64,000 bases of DNA from an uncultured Faecalicatena sp. (GTDB taxonomy: Bacteria; Bacillota; Clostridia; Lachnospirales; Lachnospiraceae): NCBI GenBank assembly GCA_902489075.1, contig CABTYO010000008.1:10900-74899 (forward strand), in the 5' to 3' direction. A program made the position numbers and the translations under genes. Every line of letters starts with the position of its first letter. The first letter of the stretch is position 1. Shown piece after piece: positions 11,341 to 22,197 of this stretch. The notes under the pieces were generated by a model that was given only the letters and a program-made list of their open reading frames with translations, made no database searches and was not told where the DNA came from.

Positions 11341-12558
11341 TTATCCCTCAACACGGATCATATGCAGGATACTTGGGAATTCTTCTGCATTTCTCTCATA
11401 AGCGCCCTCAGTCATCACGCCTGTCACAAATCCGAATTCACCTTCGAGCCCTTCTGCTTTTACGATCTCAACCGGGCCGAACTTGCTCTCCAGGTGTGCT
11501 TTCATCGCATCCGCATCCCCCTGGATCCTGACGAAATAGCGTTTGCTTGTATCAGCGATGGGCTGCAGTTCCAGCTTATCACTCTTCCACATGGTCATGA
11601 TATTGCGGTTGAGATGCTTCGCCTCGTCCACCACATCCGCAACAACGGCGCTGGCGGTAGGCAGCTTTCCTGCTCCGCTTCCGTAGAACATGGCATCTCC
11701 CAGGACATTCCCGTGTACGAAAATAGCATTGAACACGTCATTCACATTGTAAAGTGGATGATCCTTATGAAGCATGTAAGGTGCAACGATCGCATGAAGA
11801 TGGTCTCCGTCGCGTCTGCTGGATGCAAGCAGCTTGATCGTCATGCCAAGCTCTTTTGCATACATCATATCCTCTTTTGTGATCTTTGTAATTCCTTCGG
11901 TGTAAATATCCTCGAAGTCTACCTGCTGTCCTGAAATCAGTGATGACAGGATCGCGATCTTGCGGCAGGCATCGTAGCCCTCCACATCCGCCTCAGGATT
12001 GCGCTCTGCATATCCTTTTTCCTGTGCCTCTTTGAGCACTTCATCATAATCCGCGCCCTCGTAGAACATCTTGCTCAGCATGTAGTTGGTCGTTCCATTT
12101 AAAATACCTGTGATCTCCTCGATCTCATCTGCTGTCATAGAAGAGTTGAGCGGACGGATGATCGGAATTCCCCCGCCGACGCTTGCCTCAAACAGAAAAT
12201 TGATATTATTCTCCCTGGCGATGGATAAAAGCTCTGCCCCGTGCTTTGCCACGAGTGCCTTATTGGATGTGGCTACGCTTTTTCCTGCAAGAAGAGAACG
12301 CTTCACAAATGTATATGCAGGTTCAATGCCTCCCATGACTTCTACTACGATCTGTACCTCCGGGTCATTCACAATCGTGTCAAAATCATGTACCAGCTTT
12401 TCCTGGACCGGATCCCCCGGGAACTCTCTCAAATCCAGTACGTACTTGATGTTCAGTTCATCCCCGATTCTCTGGTTGATCCGGCTGCCGTTCGTATTGA
12501 TAACCTCCACGACTCCTGAACCAACTGTACCGTATCCCATTACTGCTATATTTACCAT
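11341..12558 (-). CDS. hom: Homoserine dehydrogenase
   Basis: GYGTVGSG, FEASVGGGIP, GILNGTTNY, ADVEGYDACRK. Confidence 0.97.
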   Translation of the reverse strand: MVNIAVMGYGTVGSGVVEVINTNGSRINQRIGDELNIKYVLDLREFPGDPVQEKLVHDFDTIVNDPEVQIVVEVMGGIEPAYTFVKRSLLAGKSVATSNKALVAKHGAELLSIARENNINFLFEASVGGGIPIIRPLNSSMTADEIEEITGILNGTTNYMLSKMFYEGADYDEVLKEAQEKGYAERNPEADVEGYDACRKIAILSSLISGQQVDFEDIYTEGITKITKEDMMYAKELGMTIKLLASSRRDGDHLHAIVAPYMLHKDHPLYNVNDVFNAIFVHGNVLGDAMFYGSGAGKLPTASAVVADVVDEAKHLNRNIMTMWKSDKLELQPIADTSKRYFVRIQGDADAMKAHLESKFGPVEIVKAEGLEGEFGFVTGVMTEGAYERNAEEFPSILHMIRVEG

Positions 12559-12582
12559 GTCTTCCTCCTTCTCCCTTTCCTT

Positions 12583-13684
12583 TTATGACTTCGCACTCAG
12601 ATATGCATTGATAAACGGATCAATATTCCCGTCCATCACCGCATTCACGTTGCTGATTTCTGTATTTGTACGATGGTCCTTCACCAGTGTATACGGCTGC
12701 ATGACATAAGAGCGTATCTGGCTGCCGAACCCGATTTCCTTCATCTCACCGCGGATATCAGACACTTTCTCTGCCTGCTCCTGTTCTTTGAGCAGATAGA
12801 GCTTTGCCTTTAGCATCTGCATCGCCTTGTCCTTGTTCATATGCTGGGAACGCTCATTCTGGCACTGCACCACAATCCCGGTCGGCAGATGTGTAATCCT
12901 GACCGCCGAAGAAGTCTTATTGACATGCTGTCCTCCTGCGCCGCCTGAGCGGTAGGTGTCGATGCGCAGATCTTCTTCGTTGATATCAATATCGATCTCA
13001 TCTTCAATATCCGGAATCACGTCACAGGACGCGAACGACGTCTGCCGCTTTCCTGCCGCATTAAATGGAGAAATGCGGACCAGGCGGTGAACCCCCTTCT
13101 CAGAACGGAGATACCCGTAGGCATTCTCCCCTTCCACCTCAAAGGTCACACCCTTGATGCCTGCCACGTCACCGTCCAGATAGTCCAGAACCTCCAGGGA
13201 AAACCCTTTCTTCTCGGCCCATCTGCTGTACATCCGGTACAGCATGCCTGCCCAGTCACAGGACTCGGTCCCGCCGGCTCCGGCATGGAGGGTCACGATC
13301 GCATTGCTGCGGTCATATTCCCCGGTCAGAAGGGTCTGGATGCGGAGTTCCTCGAATTCCTCTTCAAACTGCGCCAGCTCTTCCTCGATCCCTTTGGCTG
13401 TCTCATTATCTACATCTTCCTCGCTCATCTCGATCAGCAGTCCCAGATCCTCATAGTCTGAGAAAAGCTTCTCGATCTGCTTGACCGAATCCGAAAGACC
13501 TTTTAAATGCTTCATAGTATGGCTGGACTTCTCAGGATTATCCCAGAAACCCGGCTCCTCGATCTTTCGCTCCAGCTCCTCGATCCGTTCCTTCTTTGAC
13601 GCTAAGTCAAAGTGAATCCCTCAGATCTTTCAGCGGTTCTTCATATGCACTCAGTCTTGTTCTCAGTTCGTCTAACAAAACCAC
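12583..13684 (-). CDS. prfB: Peptide chain release factor 2, with programmed +1 frameshift (join 13684..13610, 13608..12583)
   Basis: GTG at 13684 after GAGGTG RBS; 25 codons, then CTT-TGA-C at 13612-13606 preceded by AGGGA; the +1 frame has SPF and GGQ motifs. Confidence 0.96.
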
Positions 13685-13749
13685 CTTATTCACCTCTTTC
13701 TGAATCAAAGCGGATATTTTCAAATCCGTTTCGCTGCTTACCTATATAA

Positions 13750-13777
13750 ATGAGAATCTGTAGATACAGATTCTCAT
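13750..13777 (-). terminator. Hairpin between secA and prfB
   Basis: atgagaatctgta-ga-tacagattctcat. Confidence 0.5.
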
Positions 13778-13818
13778 ATTCAACTTCTTATATAATTCCC
13801 TGACACTTCAGGGCGCTC

Positions 13819-16392
13819 CTATTTATTGCGTCCGCAGCACTGTTTGTACTTCTTGCCGCTTCCGCATGGACATGGATCATTCGGATAGATCTTCTTCTCT
13901 TCTCTCTTCTTCGGTGCACGCACGGCACTCTCATCCTTATTCGTGCCTGTTGCCTTGGCAACCTGCTCTCTCTCAACCTTCTGCTCTACACGGATGTGGA
14001 ACAGGGTACGGATGGTCGTCTCTGCGATCGCATTGGTCATCTCACCGAACATATCGTAGCCCATCATCTTGTATTCCACAAGCGGGTCTCTCTGTCCATA
14101 AGCCTGCAGGCCGATTCCCTGACGGAGCTGGTCCATATCGTCGATGTGGTCCATCCATCTGCCGTCGATAACTTTCAGGAGTACGACACGCTCGATCTCA
14201 CGCAGATGCTCTGCCTCCGGGAACTCTGCCTCTTTTGCTTCATAAGCCTTGACAGCTCTTTCCTTCAAAAGGTGCTTTAATTCCTTCTGCTGCATCTCTC
14301 TTGCTTCTTCCAGAGACGGCAGTGGGAGCTGCGGGATCACATCATGCAGTGCGACCTCAAGTTCCTTCAAATCCCACTCTTCCTGGTCCACATCAGGGGA
14401 AACATAGCGGTCTACCGTATTCTCCACATATTCTGTAATCATATTGTAGATGGTATCGCGCATGCTCTCTCCGTCCAGCACGCGGCGTCTCTCACTGTAG
14501 ATGATCTCACGCTGTTCGTTCATGACCTGGTCGTATTCCAGCAGGTTCTTACGGATACCAAAGTTGTTGCTCTCAATCTTCTTCTGTGCCTTCTCAATCG
14601 CACTGGAAAGCATCTTGTGCTCGATCTGCTCTCCTTCTTCCACTCCAAGAGTACTGAACACGCTCATCAGCTTCTCAGAACCGAACAGACGCATCAGGTC
14701 GTCCTCCAGGGAAATGTAGAAACGGGATTCACCCGGGTCTCCCTGACGTCCGGAACGTCCACGCAGCTGGTTGTCAATACGTCTGGACTCGTGGCGCTCT
14801 GTACCGATGATCTTCAATCCTCCGGCAGCCCTTGCCTCGTCGTCCAGCTTAATATCGGTACCACGTCCGGCCATGTTGGTCGCGATGGTAACGGCACCGT
14901 GTACACCGGCATCTGCAACGATCTCGGCCTCTAATTCATGGTACTTCGCATTCAGGACTTTATGCTGGATGCCTTCCTTTTTGAGCATCTTACTTAAAAG
15001 CTCTGAAATCTCGATGGTAATCGTACCAACCAGGACAGGCTGTCCGGTTGCATGTGCCCTTTTTACTTCCTCTACGACTGCCTTGAACTTCTCCTTCTGT
15101 GTACTGTAAACAGCATCCTCCAGGTCTTTTCTCTGCACAGGCTCGTTGGTCGGGATCTCGATTACATCCATTCCATAGATGTCACGGAACTCCTTCTCCT
15201 CTGTCAGAGCCGTACCTGTCATACCGCTCTTCTTATCGTATTTATTGAACAGGTTCTGGAACGTGATCGTTGCAAGAGTCTTACTCTCTCTTCTGACCTT
15301 TACATGCTCCTTCGCCTCAATCGCCTGATGCAGACCGTCTGAATAACGGCGTCCCGGCATGATACGTCCGGTAAACTCATCGACGATCATAACCTCGCCT
15401 TCCGGTGTTACCACATAATCCTGGTCGCGGAACATCAGATTATGTGCACGCAGAGCCAGAATAATGTTATGCTGGATCTCCAGGTTGTCCGGGTCAGCCA
15501 GGTTCTCGATGTGGAAGAACTTCTCTACCTTCTTCACACCGTCCTCTGTCAGGTTGACTGCCTTCTCTTTCTCATTGACGATAAAGTCACCTGTCTCTTC
15601 GATGTCCTCTCCCATGATGGCATTCATCTTGGAGAATTCACCGCTCGCCTCGCCGCGTTCCAGCTGGCGTGCCAGAATATCACATGCCTCATACAGCTTG
15701 GTGGACTTGTCACTCTGTCCGGAAATGATCAGAGGAGTTCTTGCCTCATCGATCAGAACAGAGTCGACCTCATCGATGATCGCGAAGTGAAGCCCGCGCT
15801 GAACAAGCTGCTCTTTATAGATGACCATGTTGTCACGCAGATAGTCGAAACCAAGTTCGTTGTTCGTTACATATGTGATGTCGCAGTTATATGCTGCACG
15901 GCGCTCGTCGTTGTCCATGGAATTTAAGACCACGCCGACGGTCAGTCCCAGAAATTCATGGACCTTACCCATCCATTCAGCATCACGCTTTGCCAGATAG
16001 TCATTGACTGTTACGATATGCACGCCCTTGCCTTCCAGGGCGTTCAGATATGCAGGAAGTGTAGAAACCAAAGTCTTACCTTCACCGGTCTTCATCTCGG
16101 AGATACGTCCCTGGTGCAGGATGATACCACCGATCAGCTGTACACGGTAATGGCGCATCCCCAGGCTTCTCTTTGCCGCCTCTCTTACGACAGCATATGC
16201 CTCCGGGAGGATATCGTCTGTTGTCTCTCCATCCTCCAGACGCTTCTTAAACTCTCTGGTCTTATCCCTTAATTCTGCATCGGACAGTGCCTCAAGCTCC
16301 GGCTCTAACGACTCTATCCGGTCCACGATCGGGTAAATGCGCTTTAATTCATTTTCGCTGTGTGTTCCGAAAATCTTCTCTATCAAACTCAT
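13819..16392 (-). CDS. secA: Preprotein translocase ATPase SecA
   Basis: [34 protein letters not shown]-terminal [13 protein letters not shown]. Confidence 0.99.
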   Translation of the reverse strand: MSLIEKIFGTHSENELKRIYPIVDRIESLEPELEALSDAELRDKTREFKKRLEDGETTDDILPEAYAVVREAAKRSLGMRHYRVQLIGGIILHQGRISEMKTGEGKTLVSTLPAYLNALEGKGVHIVTVNDYLAKRDAEWMGKVHEFLGLTVGVVLNSMDNDERRAAYNCDITYVTNNELGFDYLRDNMVIYKEQLVQRGLHFAIIDEVDSVLIDEARTPLIISGQSDKSTKLYEACDILARQLERGEASGEFSKMNAIMGEDIEETGDFIVNEKEKAVNLTEDGVKKVEKFFHIENLADPDNLEIQHNIILALRAHNLMFRDQDYVVTPEGEVMIVDEFTGRIMPGRRYSDGLHQAIEAKEHVKVRRESKTLATITFQNLFNKYDKKSGMTGTALTEEKEFRDIYGMDVIEIPTNEPVQRKDLEDAVYSTQKEKFKAVVEEVKRAHATGQPVLVGTITIEISELLSKMLKKEGIQHKVLNAKYHELEAEIVADAGVHGAVTIATNMAGRGTDIKLDDEARAAGGLKIIGTERHESRRIDNQLRGRSGRQGDPGESRFYISLEDDLMRLFGSEKLMSVFSTLGVEEGEQIEHKMLSSAIEKAQKKIESNNFGIRKNLLEYDQVMNEQREIIYSERRRVLDGESMRDTIYNMITEYVENTVDRYVSPDVDQEEWDLKELEVALHDVIPQLPLPSLEEAREMQQKELKHLLKERAVKAYEAKEAEFPEAEHLREIERVVLLKVIDGRWMDHIDDMDQLRQGIGLQAYGQRDPLVEYKMMGYDMFGEMTNAIAETTIRTLFHIRVEQKVEREQVAKATGTNKDESAVRAPKKREEKKIYPNDPCPCGSGKKYKQCCGRNK

Positions 16393-16499
16393 ATTCCGTA
16401 ATTTACTCCTTGTCTAAATTTACTCTAAGCTTCATTCTAACACTATCTTCCAGTGAATTCAACAAATTAATGGGGATAGTTACATTGTTTACCCTTTGT

Positions 16500-17267
16500 T
16501 TACAGTCTGGTAATATTTTCATACGGAATTTTTCCACCGAAAAGATCCAGCGCGCTGCCGATCGTAAAGTCCAGTTTTTTGCCGCACATCCGGCTGAACT
16601 CTTCCAGATCCTCCATGCTTCCGATCCCGCCTGCGTAAGTAATTGGGATCTTTCCCCACGCACTGAGCATACGGACAAGCGCTGTCTCCACACCTGAGGA
16701 TTTTCCCTCCACGTCCACTCCATGGACCAGGAATTCATCGCAATATTGGGAGAGTTCATCCAGCACCTGCGATGTCAGGCACACATCCGTAAAAGTCTGC
16801 CAGCGGTTCGTCACAATATAATAAGAAGAATCTCTCTTCCGGCAGCTTAAGTCCAGGACAATATGCTCCTTTCCGACTTCTGCCACAAGTCTTTCCAGGT
16901 TCTCCCTGTGAAACCTGCCATCCTGGAATACATAAGAAGTCACGATCACATGGCTCGCACCCGCATCTAAGTACTCCTTCGCATTGGAAGCCGTGATCCC
17001 GCCTCCGATCTGCATCCCCTTTGGATACGCTTTTAACGCTCCTAAAGCCTGATTCCTTGTTTCTTCATAAAAAGGAGATGCTGCCGGATTCAGCAGGATA
17101 ATGTGTCCGCCTTTCAGGCCGTCCTTCTGATATAACCTGGCATACCAGGCAGCATCCAGCTCCGAAGCAAAATTCGTCACAGCCTGGTCCCCCTGGTCCT
17201 TCAGGCTTCCCCCGACGATCTGCTTCACCTTTCCATTGTGAATATCAATACATGGTCTGAATCTCAT
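16500..17267 (-). CDS. hisA: ProFAR isomerase, HIS6-like (eukaryotic-type) HisA
   Basis: FRPCIDIHNGKVKQIVGGSL, QIGGGI, LDLSCRK, TYAGG, TIGSALDLFGG. Confidence 0.9.
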   Translation of the reverse strand: MRFRPCIDIHNGKVKQIVGGSLKDQGDQAVTNFASELDAAWYARLYQKDGLKGGHIILLNPAASPFYEETRNQALGALKAYPKGMQIGGGITASNAKEYLDAGASHVIVTSYVFQDGRFHRENLERLVAEVGKEHIVLDLSCRKRDSSYYIVTNRWQTFTDVCLTSQVLDELSQYCDEFLVHGVDVEGKSSGVETALVRMLSAWGKIPITYAGGIGSMEDLEEFSRMCGKKLDFTIGSALDLFGGKIPYENITRL

Positions 17268-17286
17268 ACTATTTCCTTTCGTCATA

Positions 17287-17325
17287 CAAAAGGGTCAGAC
17301 CCTTTTGCACAGGGGTCTGACCCCT
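17287..17325. repeat. Two adjacent short palindromes with GGGTCAGACCC / GGGGTCTGACCCC cores (REP-like doublet)
   Basis: caaaagggtc-a-gacccttttg (17287-17307) and aggggtc-t-gacccct (17311-17325). Confidence 0.7.
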
Positions 17326-17333
17326 TTGATACA

Positions 17334-18566
17334 TCAATATCTGTTATCAAAAATCCTGGTGGATTTCTTCTCGCTTCTCGGCAGATCTCCGATGGATACC
17401 GGCTTGACGTTGACGGTAATTCCGATCTTCGTCTTAAAGGCTTTCTTCACGGCCTCTTCTGCCTGTTTTTTCTCTACATTTTTATTGATCTCTACAAATA
17501 AGGTGCAGACATCTTTTCCATTCAGATGATCCAGCATAAACTGGTATTCACTGGAAGCCTCGGGCACTTCATGCAGCATTTCCTCGATCTGGCTTGGGAA
17601 AATGTTGACGCCTTTGACTTTTACCATATCGTCGGTTCTTCCGATCAGTGTGTCAATCCTTGGGAATTTGGAACCGCATTTACATTCTCCCGGTATAAAG
17701 CGGGTCAGGTCATGGGTACGGTAACGCACCAGCGGCGCTCCCTGCTTACGCAGTGTCGTGATCGCAAGCTCACCGATCTCTCCGTCCGGCACATTCTTCC
17801 CGGTCTTCGGATCCACGATCTCAAAATACAGGTAATCATCCCAGTAATGCATTCCGCATTCATAATCACAGCTCATGGCGATTCCCGGGCCATACACCTC
17901 TGTCAGGCCATAAATATCATAGAGCTGTACTCCCAGCTCGGAGGCGATACGTTTCCTCATCTTTTCGCCCCAGCGCTCAGAACCGATAACACCCTTTTTC
18001 AGGTGAATCTTGTCGGTCAGTCCTCTTTTTGCAATCTCTTCTGCCAGAAGCAGGGCATAGGAAGAAGTAGCACACAGGACGGTGGACTTCATGTCCTGCA
18101 TCATGCGGAGCTGTTTGTCCGTATTGCCCGGTCCCATCGGAACGGTCATGGCTCCCAGATACTCCGCACCGGCCTGGAATCCGATCCCGGCCGTCCAGAG
18201 ACCATATCCCGGCGTAATCTGGATTCTGTCCAGTGCGGTAATCCCTGCCATCTCATAGCAGCGCGCGAACATCTTCGCCCAGTCCTCCACATCCTTCTTG
18301 GTGTAGGGGATGATGACCGGAGTTCCAGTCGTCCCGGAGGAAGAATGGATCCTGACAATCTCCTCGTCCGGCACCGCCTGCAATCCCAGAGGATATGCCT
18401 CCCGCAGGTCCCCCTTCCAGGTAAACGGCAGTGTCTCAAAATCCTCCTGCGTCTGAATCTTTGAAATGTCAATATCCTTAAACTTTTCTTTATAAAAACA
18501 ATCCTTCGCTGTCAGCTGTTTCAGATTCTCCTTGATCAGTTCCAGCTGTAATTCTGTCATTCTCAT
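17334..18566 (-). CDS. paaK: Phenylacetate-CoA ligase family protein
   Basis: HSSSGTTG, YGLTE, RYRTHD, GRTDDMVKVKGVNIFP. Confidence 0.92.
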   Translation of the reverse strand: MRMTELQLELIKENLKQLTAKDCFYKEKFKDIDISKIQTQEDFETLPFTWKGDLREAYPLGLQAVPDEEIVRIHSSSGTTGTPVIIPYTKKDVEDWAKMFARCYEMAGITALDRIQITPGYGLWTAGIGFQAGAEYLGAMTVPMGPGNTDKQLRMMQDMKSTVLCATSSYALLLAEEIAKRGLTDKIHLKKGVIGSERWGEKMRKRIASELGVQLYDIYGLTEVYGPGIAMSCDYECGMHYWDDYLYFEIVDPKTGKNVPDGEIGELAITTLRKQGAPLVRYRTHDLTRFIPGECKCGSKFPRIDTLIGRTDDMVKVKGVNIFPSQIEEMLHEVPEASSEYQFMLDHLNGKDVCTLFVEINKNVEKKQAEEAVKKAFKTKIGITVNVKPVSIGDLPRSEKKSTRIFDNRY

Positions 18567-18602
18567 TCTAAGCTTCTCCTTATGCCTGTTTTACTCTTCT
18601 CT

Positions 18603-19193
18603 CTATCCTCGTTTGTAAGCCTCTTCCCCAAGTGCCAGTGCTCTTTTGTTCAATTCCAGGAACTTTTCCTTCACATTATTTTCCACTGCCTTTTCCATCT
18701 CTTCTATAGAAATGTCCAGCGCACCGCTTGCAGCTGCCGCGCCAAGAAGCGCCACATTGAGCACCTTCGCCGAACCGGCCTGGCGGCAGATTTCCTCGCC
18801 GTCAAAAACAACGAGATTCTCCACATGCTTCTCTAAATACTCCAGCATCACAGCACCCTCATAGCTGCTTCCACTGAGCGTATCTGTCACCGGCTTCACC
18901 GCCTTACTGCTGACGACCACCGTACCGCCCTCTTTCAGATAAGGCAGACAGCGCACCGCCTCCGCAGGCTCGAAGGCCAGCAGAAGATCCGCACTCTTCA
19001 TCGGGATCAGCGGTGAATGCACTTTCTCGCCCATCCTGACATGGCTGACGACCGAACCGCCTCTCTGGGCCATTCCAATAGTCTCCGTTGTCCGAACAAA
19101 TTTCCCCTGCTCCATGGCAGCGAATGCAATTAATTTTGACGCAAGGACGACTCCCTGTCCTCCGACTCCACATAATAAACAGCTCTTATTCAT
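18603..19193 (-). CDS. iorB: Indolepyruvate:ferredoxin oxidoreductase beta subunit
   Basis: GVGGQG, GMAQRGGSVVSHVR; ATG overlaps the iorA stop (TGATG). Confidence 0.93.
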   Translation of the reverse strand: MNKSCLLCGVGGQGVVLASKLIAFAAMEQGKFVRTTETIGMAQRGGSVVSHVRMGEKVHSPLIPMKSADLLLAFEPAEAVRCLPYLKEGGTVVVSSKAVKPVTDTLSGSSYEGAVMLEYLEKHVENLVVFDGEEICRQAGSAKVLNVALLGAAAASGALDISIEEMEKAVENNVKEKFLELNKRALALGEEAYKRG

Positions 19194-21001
19194 CACTCTT
19201 CTACCTCCCCGATTGCCCCTGACGGACACACCTGACTGCACAGGCCGCATCCATAACATAAAGAAGGCTCAATCACTACACGTCCCTCATTGACCGTGAT
19301 CGCCGGGCAGCCCAGCTGGTTGATGCAGACCCTGCATTTCGTACATGCATCCTGCTTCACTTCATACAATTTTCCAGGCTTCGACACCGCAATACACGGG
19401 GACTTGAAAATAATGGCGCGCACGCCCTTTTCCCCGGATGCTCTCTTCACCGCATCCACCGCCTTGTCTAATTCCAGCGGATTCACCGTCTCGATCCAGG
19501 TAAGCCCGATGCCCTTAAGGATCTTCTCGATGCTGATCTTCGCGGCAACCTCCCCCATCATCGTAATCCCGGTTCCCGGATGCGGCTGATGCCCGGTCAT
19601 TGCAGTCGTGGAATTATCCAGCACAATCAGCACGATATCCGTCTGATTGTAAACCGCATTCACAACGCCCGTGATGCCTGATGCAAAAAAAGTAGAGTCT
19701 CCGATAAATGCAAAATTCACTGCATCCGGCTCAATAATATGTAATCCCTGGGCAATCGTTACGTCCGCTCCCATGCACAGACATGTATCTACCATATCAA
19801 GCGGCTTCGCATTTCCCAGCGTATAACAGCCGATATCCCCGCTGAAAACAGCCTTTTTCCCGCGCATCGCCTTCTTCACCGCATAGAAAGAAGCTCTGTG
19901 CGGACATCCGGCGCATAAGACAGGAGGTCTCACTGGAAGCTGGGGCACTGCGTCTTCCCCGGAAACTTCCTTTCCTTCCTGTGCACCGCCATTTCCCAGA
20001 AAACGCTCCAGGTCCCCGCGGATACTTTCCACACTGTTCTCCCCCGCGTTCTTCGTATCGTGGGTCAGTTTTCCACAAATCTTCACATTCAGATGATATT
20101 TGCCCGCAATCATCAGGAGTTCCTTCTCAATCACCGGGTCCAGTTCCTCTAACACAAGCACTTCATCCAGCTCTTCCATGAACTCCTTTGCCAGACGCTC
20201 CGGGAATGGATGAGGCGTACTGATCTTTAAAAACGGGACATCCTCCGGGATCACTTCGCTTGTATAGGCATAGCTCACACCGCCTGTCACAACACCCTTC
20301 CTGCCGCTGCCCTTCCTCATCTTATTCTGCGGATACGTGGAAAATACTTCCGAAAGCTCCACATTCCTTGCCTCGATCTTAATATGATTCTGATAAGAAA
20401 GCCTTGGAAAAATCACCCAGCGCATCGTATCTTTGACAAATCCCTCAGGTTCCGGTACATCCAGCCTGGGGAGAAGTTCAATACTCACACAGGCATGACA
20501 GACTCTGGTTGTCGGCCGGAACAAAACCGGTGTCTGGTACTTTTCCGAATATTCAAATGCATCCGCGATCATCAGATATGCCTCATCCGGTGAGGACGGA
20601 TCGAACACAGGAAGCTTAGAAAACTGTGCAAAGTGCCTTGTATCCTGCTCCGTCTGGGAGGAAATCGGTCCCGGGTCATCCGCGGACACGATCACCATGC
20701 CGCCCTTTACGCCCACATAGGCAAGGCTCATCAGCGGGTCAGAAGCCACATTAAGTCCCACCTGCTTCATCGTAACCAGCGTTCTGGCCCCTGCGTATGC
20801 CGCACCCGCGCCTACCTCCATGGCAGCCTTCTCATTCGTGGACCACTCTACATGGATGCTCCCGTCATTATGCTTCGCAACCGTCTCCAGAATCTCTGTG
20901 GAAGGCGTTCCCGGATATCCTGCGACCATCCTGACACCCGCGCGGATTGCGCCCAGGGCAATCGCTTCATTCCCCATTACAAGCTTTCTCTCCATACTCA
21001 T
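19193..21001 (-). CDS. iorA: Indolepyruvate:ferredoxin oxidoreductase alpha subunit
   Basis: GNEAIA.G, GYPGTPS, LCAGCPHR, GDIGCY, GDSTF TPP motif, C-terminal 2x[4Fe-4S]. Confidence 0.95.
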   Translation of the reverse strand: MSMERKLVMGNEAIALGAIRAGVRMVAGYPGTPSTEILETVAKHNDGSIHVEWSTNEKAAMEVGAGAAYAGARTLVTMKQVGLNVASDPLMSLAYVGVKGGMVIVSADDPGPISSQTEQDTRHFAQFSKLPVFDPSSPDEAYLMIADAFEYSEKYQTPVLFRPTTRVCHACVSIELLPRLDVPEPEGFVKDTMRWVIFPRLSYQNHIKIEARNVELSEVFSTYPQNKMRKGSGRKGVVTGGVSYAYTSEVIPEDVPFLKISTPHPFPERLAKEFMEELDEVLVLEELDPVIEKELLMIAGKYHLNVKICGKLTHDTKNAGENSVESIRGDLERFLGNGGAQEGKEVSGEDAVPQLPVRPPVLCAGCPHRASFYAVKKAMRGKKAVFSGDIGCYTLGNAKPLDMVDTCLCMGADVTIAQGLHIIEPDAVNFAFIGDSTFFASGITGVVNAVYNQTDIVLIVLDNSTTAMTGHQPHPGTGITMMGEVAAKISIEKILKGIGLTWIETVNPLELDKAVDAVKRASGEKGVRAIIFKSPCIAVSKPGKLYEVKQDACTKCRVCINQLGCPAITVNEGRVVIEPSLCYGCGLCSQVCPSGAIGEVEE

Positions 21002-21226
21002 AATCTGTCATACTCCTTTACTTTATCGTATCTGCCTGATGAGGATCAGGTAAAACAGACCGGTCCCCTGCAGATGTAATCATACAATCTATCATTTTGA
21101 TATTTTACCACACTAAAGTTGAAAAATCCATATAAGAATTGAAAGAGTGGGCAACCTGTTATTTACTTTACGGGACACTCAGGTTATAATTGTCTATATT
21201 ATAATGAACATGCAGGAGGAAATGGA

Positions 21227-21520
21227 ATGAAGATTTATGATTCTGTAAACAAAGTAGATGTAGAGATTTCAGGCACTAAAGACCTGATCGGACTGATGGA
21301 AAGCGGCCGCCAGGTTGACCTTTATTTTGATGAGGAGAAGACAGATGCCGACGGATATCTTACATGGGATGTGGAACACTGGTCCAGTATCGCCCCGAAC
21401 CGTTATATCCGCTGCTATTCCCTGAAAGGCAAAGTTCTCGGTGAATCCACAGGTCATAATAATTACGATCTGGAAAATGATTTCAAACCAGATAAAGCCG
21501 TCAAAATAGAGCTCAGCTAA
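21227..21520 (+). CDS. Hypothetical protein (97 aa)
   Basis: AGGAGG RBS, upstream TATAAT, downstream hairpin; no recognisable domain. Confidence 0.7.
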   Translation: MKIYDSVNKVDVEISGTKDLIGLMESGRQVDLYFDEEKTDADGYLTWDVEHWSSIAPNRYIRCYSLKGKVLGESTGHNNYDLENDFKPDKAVKIELS

Positions 21521-21633
21521 CCCGTAACTACATAGATCCAAAAGCAGACCATTCAAAAAGGCTGCGTTTGTGGACAGATTCCTCATCCGTCCAGAACGCA
21601 GCCTTACATATTTCCCTGTTTCAAAACCGGCTT

Positions 21634-22083
21634 CTATCTGTTTTTTGTAGTATCATCAGCCTTATTGTCATCATTGATGTTCTTATCGTTTGTATTTCTG
21701 TCATCCAGATTATCCCTGTTCGTGCCATTGTCGTTTGTAAGATCACCAGTCGCATTGTCAATACCGTCTGTAACATCATCTACCACATCATCCACAACTC
21801 CGTCACCATTTCTGTCTCTCATATCCGTTCCGTCAGTTGCATCATTCGTGTTCGTATCATTCTTGTTGGCGTCATTCTTGTTCGCATCATTCTTGTTAGC
21901 GTCATTCTTATTGGCATCATTCTTGTTGGCACCATTCTTGTCAGTATTGTCCTTATTCGTATCCGTTGTCGTATTGTTCACGCCATCATTCGTGTTCTTG
22001 TCTGTCCCACACGCAGTCACACCACAGAGAACCCCTGCACACATCATTAACAATAAAAACTTTTTAATTTTTTTCATTTTCAT
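21634..22083 (-). CDS. Low-complexity Asp/Asn-rich lipoprotein
   Basis: Basic N-terminus, hydrophobic stretch and VTAC lipobox; (DANKN)n repeats. Confidence 0.85.
   Translation of the reverse strand: MKMKKIKKFLLLMMCAGVLCGVTACGTDKNTNDGVNNTTTDTNKDNTDKNGANKNDANKNDANKNDANKNDANKNDTNTNDATDGTDMRDRNGDGVVDDVVDDVTDGIDNATGDLTNDNGTNRDNLDDRNTNDKNINDDNKADDTTKNR
21856..21945 (-). repeat. 15-bp coding tandem repeat, 5-6 copies (NDANK)
   Basis: rtcattcttgttggc-like units at 21856, 21871, 21886, 21901, 21916, 21931. Confidence 0.9.
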
Positions 22084-22197
22084 TCTCCCTTTTCATAAAT
22101 ATTCTTGTGTTAGTAATATTTGCAAAAACACGCACAATATGTCTGGGAAATTTTTCAAGAAAATTTTTAGGGAGTGAGTTTTTGGGGAGGAGATGAG

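Noticed and set aside
12583..13684. prfB as a pseudogene (in-frame TGA)
   Set aside because: It is the canonical programmed frameshift site.
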